This document shows positions 57,539-64,000 of a DNA stretch of 64,000 bases, piece after piece. The notes under the pieces were generated by a model. The model made no database searches and was not told the DNA's origin. It saw only the letters and a program-made list of their open reading frames with translations. Made by a program: the position numbers and the translations under genes. Numbering within the stretch: position 1 is the stretch's first letter; every line of letters begins with the position of its first letter. The stretch is from Spirochaetia bacterium (GTDB lineage: Bacteria; Spirochaetota; Spirochaetia; DSM-2461), in assembly GCA_963668315.1 (NCBI GenBank), contig OY764216.1:2432001-2496000 (forward strand), written 5' to 3'.

Positions 57539-58383
57539 GCGGCGGCACTCTTTCGGTAGGCTATCTCTCCCTGGGGTACGGACGGAAAACCGTGGTGAAG
57601 GATGTCTCCTTCTCCCTGGAAAAGGGGCAGATCCTGACCCTGCTGGGGGCGAACGGGGAGGGGAAAACCACTCTTATCAAGGCCGTCTGCGGCATAAAGA
57701 AGATCCGGAGGGGGAGCGTAAAGATCAACGGGGTAAATCTGACGGCCATGGATCACGCCGAACGGGCCGCCCGTATCTCCTATGTCCCCCAGTCTCACAA
57801 ACCGGGACTTCCCCTTTCCGTCAGGGATATGATCGTGCTGGGAAGGCAGTACTGCCGGGGGATTTTTGCCGAGCCGGCGGCCGAGGATTACCGCAGAGCC
57901 GTCGGGATCCTGGAACGCTTCTCACTGGACAGCAAGGCGGATGATCTCTTTACGGCTCTGTCCGGAGGGGAGCAGCGGCTGGTCCTTATCGCCCGGGCCC
58001 TTATCCAGGACGCCGATTACATGGTGCTTGACGAGCCCGTTTCCAACCTGGATCTGGGAAATCAGATTCGGGTTCTCAAGGTGCTGGACGAACTTGCCCG
58101 GGAAGGAACGGGTATCCTCATGAGCAGTCATTTCCCCGAGCACAGCCTCTGGCTGGGGGCGGAGACCGTCATTCTGAAAGGGGGGACGGTCCTGGCCGCC
58201 GGAAATGCGGTCGATGTGATAAGCGATGAGAATCTCTCGGCCGTCTACGGCACGGCTATATCGGTTTTCAGGGATGAGAACGGGATGGCCCACTGCGGAC
58301 CGCGTTTTGTCAATTCCCGGACCAGCCCTGACGGGGGTGATAAGAAATCGTGGATAGAAAATACTTTGGAGATGATACTATGA
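57535..58383 (+). CDS. ABC ATPase (FecE/BtuD-type)
   Basis: GANGEGKTT, LSGGEQR, LDEP, SSH. Confidence 0.93.
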   Translation: MSGGTLSVGYLSLGYGRKTVVKDVSFSLEKGQILTLLGANGEGKTTLIKAVCGIKKIRRGSVKINGVNLTAMDHAERAARISYVPQSHKPGLPLSVRDMIVLGRQYCRGIFAEPAAEDYRRAVGILERFSLDSKADDLFTALSGGEQRLVLIARALIQDADYMVLDEPVSNLDLGNQIRVLKVLDELAREGTGILMSSHFPEHSLWLGAETVILKGGTVLAAGNAVDVISDENLSAVYGTAISVFRDENGMAHCGPRFVNSRTSPDGGDKKSWIENTLEMIL

Positions 58384-59372
58384 AAAAAACGCTGATCCCG
58401 CTGATACTGTTCTTTTCCCTCCTGTCCGTTTACGGACAGAGGGCAATAACGGACATGGCCGGAAGAGAGATGGAACTTCCCCGGTCTGAGGATATTATCA
58501 CCATATTCACGGGTAATCCGACGGCATCCGTTTTCCTCTATACCCTGGATTACGAGAGAATGGCCGGGTGGAATCTGACCCTCTATAAGGGCGTCAAATC
58601 CCTGCTCCCCGCTCCGGTCAGGAACCTTCCGAATTACGGAACCCTCTACGGGAATGGCAAAGCTATCGGGGAAGAGGAGGTCTTCGCCGCCGATCCTCAG
58701 CTTATTCTTCTCATGGGGGAAGTGACTCCCGGACTGATTTCCCGGGCCGATGAGCTGGCGGACCGCTTCAGGATGCCCGTGGTGGTTCTTGACGGGGACC
58801 TGGAGGCCCTGGACGGGGCCTATCGCCTGCTGGGCGAGATATGCGGCAGGGAGGAAAGGGCCCTGGAATTGGGCGCCTACTGCCGCCGGGTGATCGACAA
58901 TGCCACAGCCCTGACGGAAGGACTCGGCGGGGATGAAAGGAAGACCGTGTTCTATTCTCTCGATTCGGACGGCTTGAATACCTATCCTGTCGGCACATCC
59001 CTGTCCGATTATATGGAACTCTGCGGAGCCGTCAATGTGGCCGACGTTCCCTATACGAAAAAGCTGGGCCATATGTCCGTCTCCTTTGAGGAGCTCGCGG
59101 GATGGGCCCCCGATTTTATCCTGGCCGGATCGTTCGCCAACACCCCGGCTAACGAAGGGAGCGTCTATAACCGGCCGGCCTGGAAAGCCCTGAACGCCCA
59201 GGTGGCGGTGATTCCCCATATCCCCTTTGATATATTCGCCAAGCCCCCTTCTGTCAACCGCATCGCCGGAATCCTGTGGCTGCAGGATCTGCTCTATCCC
59301 GATAGGGTCGACTACGATCTGGAGAGGGAGCTTGAAGGATTCAACCGGCTCTTCTACCGGATAAACGAATAG
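58380..59372 (+). CDS. Metal-chelate/cobalamin-class ABC substrate-binding protein
   Basis: Signal peptide from 58380; ITDMAGREMELP; VSFEELAGWAPDFI; PPSVNRIAG. Confidence 0.88.
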   Translation: MKKTLIPLILFFSLLSVYGQRAITDMAGREMELPRSEDIITIFTGNPTASVFLYTLDYERMAGWNLTLYKGVKSLLPAPVRNLPNYGTLYGNGKAIGEEEVFAADPQLILLMGEVTPGLISRADELADRFRMPVVVLDGDLEALDGAYRLLGEICGREERALELGAYCRRVIDNATALTEGLGGDERKTVFYSLDSDGLNTYPVGTSLSDYMELCGAVNVADVPYTKKLGHMSVSFEELAGWAPDFILAGSFANTPANEGSVYNRPAWKALNAQVAVIPHIPFDIFAKPPSVNRIAGILWLQDLLYPDRVDYDLERELEGFNRLFYRINE

Positions 59373-59380
59373 AACCGTGG

Positions 59381-59908
59381 TCAGGTCAGACGGAGAAGGG
59401 CCAGGTCATGAAGCATATCCCCGTAGGAGATATTCTTCCCCCGGTTCAGGGCAAAGAGCAAAAGACCATGCACCGCCAGTGTGTAGCGGCGGAAGGGGAG
59501 GGATTCTCCGATTCCCTCTTCTCCGACCGTATCACGGAAGAAATCGTCCAGCCCCGGGCCGGACGCGGATGAAACCGCTCTCTCGAAAAAGAGCCCGAAA
59601 AGCGCGGGATACTGGATGAAGTACAGAGCAAACCACTTGGCCCTTTCGTAGATTCTCTCTTCCGGAGTCTCTTTCTCATCTGCCTGATCTTTTATGAAAT
59701 TCCCGCAGTCCTTCAGAATGGAATGGGCCACATGGGCGTACAGATCGGGCAGGTCCTTGAAATAGTTATAGATGGTTCCGTAACTGTACCCGGCTCTCTC
59801 GGCTATATTCCTGGCGGAAGCCGCCTGAAGCCCCTCGCCCCTGATAATCTCCTCGGCGGCCTGTATGAAAAAATCCTTCATTCGCTCTTCCTTGATGGAT
59901 GGCGCCAT
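59381..59908 (-). CDS. TetR-family regulator
   Basis: ATG at 59908 follows AGGAGG; ASARNIAERAGYSYGTIYNYFKDL. Confidence 0.9.
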   Translation of the reverse strand: MAPSIKEERMKDFFIQAAEEIIRGEGLQAASARNIAERAGYSYGTIYNYFKDLPDLYAHVAHSILKDCGNFIKDQADEKETPEERIYERAKWFALYFIQYPALFGLFFERAVSSASGPGLDDFFRDTVGEEGIGESLPFRRYTLAVHGLLLFALNRGKNISYGDMLHDLALLRLT

Positions 59909-59928
59909 AGTAACCTCCTGTTTGTATC

Positions 59929-59961
59929 TTGACAGTGTTAAATATATGAACAGTGTTAAAT
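59929..59961. promoter_or_regulatory. Tandem operator upstream of the TetR gene
   Basis: ACAGTGTTAAAT at 59932 and 59950; each unit is quasi-palindromic (TTGACAGTGTTAA, TGAACAGTGTTAA). Confidence 0.6.
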
Positions 59962-59997
59962 TAATTTCAGGATTTGTCAACGGCGAGAATAATTATA

Positions 59998-60129
59998 ATG
60001 AAAAATCCCCGTTCTGCTGCGGCTCATATTGATAAACTCGGCTTAACCGTTGTCAAAGAGTTTGAATACAATGAAAATTGCTATTTTGAACTTGTTTACG
60101 ATACATCAAGACCGGTTAAGCTGACATAA
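59998..60129 (+). pseudogene. Probable C-terminal remnant of a GNAT-like gene
   Basis: 43-aa ORF MKNPRSAAAHIDKLGLTVVKEFEYNENCYFELVYDTSRPVKLT resembles GNAT motif B (N..S...H..KLG) without the N-terminal part. Confidence 0.4.
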
Positions 60130-60241
60130 GGGGTAGACAGAACTCACTTGCTCTCCCCCTCTTTCAGGTGATATAGTGAATGGATGATTACAGTAATGCT
60201 GCTTAAGCGGAATATCGGCTTTATCCATGGGAGATTGAAAA

Positions 60242-60673
60242 ATGGAAAATGAATGGAGTCCCCTCTTCTTTCTGATCTTTTTTATTGCGGTCTGGCAGGC
60301 TGCAACGGCCCTCATCTCTTTCACGGGGGGATGGTATTTCCTGGCAAAGCGGTTTGCGGGGAAAAAGAGGGATTTTGAAGAAGTAAAGACATTCCACCTG
60401 CAGTCCATGAAACTGGGACTTCTCACTTCCTACGGATCCTGTCTGAGGGTAGGGATATTCACAGAAGGGATAGAGTTCAGGGTCCTGTTTCTCTTCGCCT
60501 TCCTTCATAAGCCGATCTTTATTCCCTGGGATGACTTCAGAATACGGGGATATTCGGAAAAAATCAGAAAGCGGATGAGATGCGAAGCCGGTGGGAAAAA
60601 GTTGGTGCTCTATGGACGGACTGTTAAATTCCTGAGAGATGAATGGCCTGCGAAGAGGGATGTAAATGATTGA
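60242..60673 (+). CDS. Hypothetical membrane protein
   Basis: N-terminal TM; GGWYFLAKRF; HKPIFIPWDD; overlaps the next start. Confidence 0.7.
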   Translation: MENEWSPLFFLIFFIAVWQAATALISFTGGWYFLAKRFAGKKRDFEEVKTFHLQSMKLGLLTSYGSCLRVGIFTEGIEFRVLFLFAFLHKPIFIPWDDFRIRGYSEKIRKRMRCEAGGKKLVLYGRTVKFLRDEWPAKRDVND

Positions 60674-61214
60674 AATCAGCACAGAACGTCTTTTCATCAG
60701 GGATCATAAGCCGGAAGACATTCGGGAGTATCATCGTCTCATTTCCGATCCGGAGGTGATGTTCTTTCTTCCCGATCTTTTAAGCACATCCCTACTATTC
60801 TCACAGAAATCTCTGGATGAGGCGATAACTGAGTCTGCTATGGGTAAGGAGAGAACTAAATATTTTTTTGCCATTTTTCTCAAAACGGGAGAATATGTCG
60901 GGGAGATAGGATACACGGTTACTTCAAAGGACCGGGAAAACGGGAAATCGGTTCATCTCGGATATTTCAGCTTAAAGGTGTATTGGGGGAAAGGGATTAT
61001 GTCCGAAGCTGTGAAGGCTGTAGTCGATTATGCCTTTGGCAGAGGCAATGTCGTTAAAGTGGAAACGGGCTGTCTTGCGGGCAATAAGGGGTCTGAGAAG
61101 GTCATGATAAAGGCTGGTTTTATCAGAGAAGCCTATAAAAAGAGTCATCAGTTCCTCGGTGGAAAGTGGATGGATCGCGTTGAGTATGGGTTGGTTTCCC
61201 CTAACCATCGGTAA
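60666..61214 (+). CDS. GNAT N-acetyltransferase (RimJ/RimL-like)
   Basis: ISTERLFIRD; LGYF...YWGKGIMSEAV; NKGSEKVMIKAGFIREA. Confidence 0.9.
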   Translation: MIEISTERLFIRDHKPEDIREYHRLISDPEVMFFLPDLLSTSLLFSQKSLDEAITESAMGKERTKYFFAIFLKTGEYVGEIGYTVTSKDRENGKSVHLGYFSLKVYWGKGIMSEAVKAVVDYAFGRGNVVKVETGCLAGNKGSEKVMIKAGFIREAYKKSHQFLGGKWMDRVEYGLVSPNHR

Positions 61215-61924
61215 AGAAATTCCTCCCGGGGAAGTATTTCAGCCCCCAGGGCTACTTTATACTCCATATAGGGATGGCCCAGGTTCCAGAAGGCGTACCC
61301 CCGCTTTTCCAGTAAACGGGCCAGAAGGACGAGCTGGAGAGTTCCCCTGTTCCTGTGTTCTCTTTTGCGGGAGGAAAAACCTGTCAGACTGGTGTAGGTC
61401 CTGCCTATGGTGTAACCCAGTTCTCCGGCGACCAGCTCACCCTTCTCATAGAGTTCCGTCGTCTTCAGGGTAAAATTATCCCCCCTCTCTTCGGGGGAGG
61501 CAAGACGGATAAGGAGCTCCTCATAATCGTGATTTATCCAGTTGTCAGAGCCGAACTGATTTTTCACCGCCCCTATGACCTTTCGGGGATCGCCGCTCAG
61601 ACGGAGAGAAAACCCCTGTGCCTCAAGGGAGCCGCGATTAAGGATCTTTCTGACATGACCGGATACGTGCAGGTTATGCCAGTCCAGCAGGGCATAGGAT
61701 TTCTGCATCTCCGGGAGAAGAAGAGATCCGAGGGACTCATGATCCATGGCGACGGAGATGAATCCCCTTTTCGCCAGGTTTCGATAGAATTCCGGGGTCC
61801 AGCAGTCGGACCAGTAATAACTGACATCCATATCTGGATAGATCTTCCTTTCGAGAATGCCCCTTTGTTCCAGTATAGAGGGAGAAATATGGGGGATGGA
61901 TTGTCTTTCCTCTTCGCTGTCCAT
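61148..61924 (-). CDS. Leucyl/phenylalanyl-tRNA-protein transferase-like protein
   Basis: LHVSGHVRKIL; ELVAGELGYTIGRTYTSLTGFS; GTLQLVLL; YKVALGAEILPREEFL. Start is 61924 or 61957. Confidence 0.72.
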   Translation of the reverse strand: MDSEEERQSIPHISPSILEQRGILERKIYPDMDVSYYWSDCWTPEFYRNLAKRGFISVAMDHESLGSLLLPEMQKSYALLDWHNLHVSGHVRKILNRGSLEAQGFSLRLSGDPRKVIGAVKNQFGSDNWINHDYEELLIRLASPEERGDNFTLKTTELYEKGELVAGELGYTIGRTYTSLTGFSSRKREHRNRGTLQLVLLARLLEKRGYAFWNLGHPYMEYKVALGAEILPREEFLYRWLGETNPYSTRSIHFPPRN

Positions 61925-62062
61925 GGGCCTCCGCTTCGATAGGAAGTAATAACCCATTCAGTATAGGAAGGCGGACCGTACCGGTCAATAATATTAAGGG
62001 GGCGGCCAGGAATTAATTGCAATGATCTGTTACCTTCCCTATAATGAGATTAAGGAGAGATC

Positions 62063-64000
62063 ATGGCTGCGTTAGACGAGACGGGAAATTACGATAAACA
62101 GGAAATCCCACGGGAAACTCTTATTTTTCTTCAGGGCAGTTCCGTAAAGAAATTCGTTGTCCTCCATTCGGGCCTGGTGGAAATCCTTTATTGTGATGAT
62201 GTCGAAGAGGGAATGGGTGAATGGGACATCCTTGAAAAAAGTATCCGCATAGGGCTGGTCAAGGGTGAGGCTATTCTGGAAGCGGCTGCTCTGCTGGATG
62301 TGAATGTCCCCTTTTTCTATTCCCTGAGGACCGTGTCGGACTGCATTATCAGTTCCGCTCCGGTCACTTCGGAGGATATGGCCAAACGGGTACAGCGCAA
62401 TATGTCCCTTAATGTAAGAATTATCAAGGATATGCTGACCCAGATTGAATCGGGTATCTACCTCTATAGGAATTACAAGTATCTCTGGCACAAGGTGGCT
62501 TTTATTGCCGATTCCCTGGCCCTTTCCCGGCCGGGGGAGTACGGTCCGGAGGAGATGGGAAGGGATTCCCTGACCGCCCCTCGCATGGGGTCGGGACTTA
62601 ACGAATACAGCGTGACCCTCCACGGGCTGATAAAGAATACGGAAGGCTGTCCCGAGCCTCATGAGTGGGATGCCAATCTTTTCCAGGGGGAGATTCAGGA
62701 TCTCCTCCGTCTTTATGAGGTACACGATTCTTTGCAGGTGGAAGAGCTCTTTGATCATCGCCAGTACCTTTTTATCAAAAGGATCATCGGGAAGGACAGG
62801 AAAATCCTTTCCGCTCTTTTCCACAAGGACGAGCCGCTGAACTTCTATATCTTCGATTTCATCTCACAGGTTCAGAGTAAAGTCCAGGGGGCCGTCGCCG
62901 ACCTTTCCCGGGAGATCTGGCAGCTGATGAATCAGATTTTCGGCGAGGGAGGATGGGTAAGAGAGGTTTATGAGAAAGGGGCTGTCTGTGAATCGGAAAG
63001 CAGTCAGTTCCTCTACTATCTTTATATCTTCAGTTCCCGCTGCCGTAAGGACGGCATGAATCTTCTGGGAAAGGATATTTTTTCCCTCTTTTCCGTTTTT
63101 GATGATCTGAAGAAATTCGTCCATTATAAACCGGTGCTCCACAGTCCGGAACCCGCGGAAGAGTCGGGAGAAAAAGCGGTTTCACCGGGCGACAAGAAAC
63201 TGGGAAAGTACCAGGGGCTTTTGGATAGGATTCTGGAATTTTCCGGTCTTCCCGGAGATTTCCGGGATGAATTCCACTCTGTCATGGACCGTCTGGCCGG
63301 GATGGAGGACCCCCTGGAGGCTTCGGAGGAGGCGTCCCTTCTCAGGGAAAGGGTGAACGGATTATACTGGCGGCTTTACGAATGCTGCTTTCTCAAGGTC
63401 ATCGACTCCGATTTGAAGGGATTCGTGCCGGGTATCATGCTACATATGGGAGTGGTGGATGAACGCTTCCTCTCCCGGGAGGAGCTGACCGCCGTTGACC
63501 GGCTCTATGCCTCCAATCTCTACTCCCATGACCCCGTTCCCGTCCTGACCTTTCCCTATTTTCTGGAGAAGATCTATAATTCTCCCCTCAAGCCTTCCCT
63601 GACGGAAATGGGAGAATCCTTTGCAGAAATTCTCAAGCGGCAGGAAAAGCTGACGCCCCGGGAGAAAAAAAGTGTCGAGTACTTTTACAAAGACACACCG
63701 GAGGACAGGATCCACTATGAAATAAGCAGAATCTCCGGGGATCTCGCCGGTCTGCTTTCGGGAAATAAAAAACGGTTTCTTCCCTTTCTTAACAGCGCCG
63801 CCGTTGAAGGAAAGCTTGAGAGGCTTTTCCTTGCTCCCGATGAGGGGGCCGAACTGATCGGCAATTACCGGCAGAGGGATTACACCATGTTCTACAGGGA
63901 GATGCTCATCACCCATGATCAGGGCCGGGATATCATACAGTGTGAGGTCTTTCCCTTTTTTGTCCTCTATCCCCTTTTCGGGAACCGGGCCGTCATGTGG
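62063..64000 (+). CDS. 3'-truncated large protein with an N-terminal cyclic-nucleotide-binding-like domain (not in the ORF track)
   Basis: AAGGAG RBS, ATG at 62063; frame open where read and appears to run to the edge: ETLIFLQGSSVKKFVVLHSGLVEI ... EVFPFFVLYPLFGNRAVMW. Confidence 0.8.
   Translation, partial: MAALDETGNYDKQEIPRETLIFLQGSSVKKFVVLHSGLVEILYCDDVEEGMGEWDILEKSIRIGLVKGEAILEAAALLDVNVPFFYSLRTVSDCIISSAPVTSEDMAKRVQRNMSLNVRIIKDMLTQIESGIYLYRNYKYLWHKVAFIADSLALSRPGEYGPEEMGRDSLTAPRMGSGLNEYSVTLHGLIKNTEGCPEPHEWDANLFQGEIQDLLRLYEVHDSLQVEELFDHRQYLFIKRIIGKDRKILSALFHKDEPLNFYIFDFISQVQSKVQGAVADLSREIWQLMNQIFGEGGWVREVYEKGAVCESESSQFLYYLYIFSSRCRKDGMNLLGKDIFSLFSVFDDLKKFVHYKPVLHSPEPAEESGEKAVSPGDKKLGKYQGLLDRILEFSGLPGDFRDEFHSVMDRLAGMEDPLEASEEASLLRERVNGLYWRLYECCFLKVIDSDLKGFVPGIMLHMGVVDERFLSREELTAVDRLYASNLYSHDPVPVLTFPYFLEKIYNSPLKPSLTEMGESFAEILKRQEKLTPREKKSVEYFYKDTPEDRIHYEISRISGDLAGLLSGNKKRFLPFLNSAAVEGKLERLFLAPDEGAELIGNYRQRDYTMFYREMLITHDQGRDIIQCEVFPFFVLYPLFGNRAVMW

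Noticed and set aside
60242..61214. Integron gene cassettes
   Set aside because: No integrase, no attC-like sites, and the genes overlap directly.
62072..63916. Three minus-strand ORFs at the window end
   Set aside because: Antisense to the long plus-strand gene starting at 62063.

Overview
Accessory-type bacterial chromosome segment with no rRNA, tRNA or CRISPR array seen. The host is probably a free-living spirochaete; this is inferred only from lipoprotein style and the terminal cNMP-domain gene. Layout: (i) 1-20.3 kb is a glycoside island with three membrane-anchored, domain-permuted GH3 enzymes, a GH2, a GPH-type MFS transporter, two apparently related small proteins of unknown function and two LytTR/GHKL two-component pairs with 21-bp-period operators; it is interrupted by an IS1-like element and a 130-bp miniature element with matching ends. 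(ii) 20.4-33 kb holds an aldo-keto reductase under a MerR-type promoter, an AraC / DUF5107-TPR (YphG-like) / GH2 / PanE unit, an OmpR-type pair, a nonsense-disrupted SDR and ogt. (iii) 33-48 kb is a candidate extracytoplasmic flavin-based respiratory cluster: two Tat-lipoprotein flavin reductases flanking their own tatCBA, a Sec-lipoprotein FMN/FAD reductase of non-fumarate type, an unknown lipoprotein with a DAVSGAS flavinylation motif, a NapH-like 4Fe-4S membrane protein, and an orphan TRAP SBP overlapping a diguanylate cyclase gene. (iv) 48-64 kb holds a DGC, GH42-LacI-galT-galK, TauE, a FecCD-type ABC importer, TetR, GNATs, an L/F-transferase-like gene and a truncated cNMP-domain gene. All family calls come from motif recognition by eye; no database search was run.
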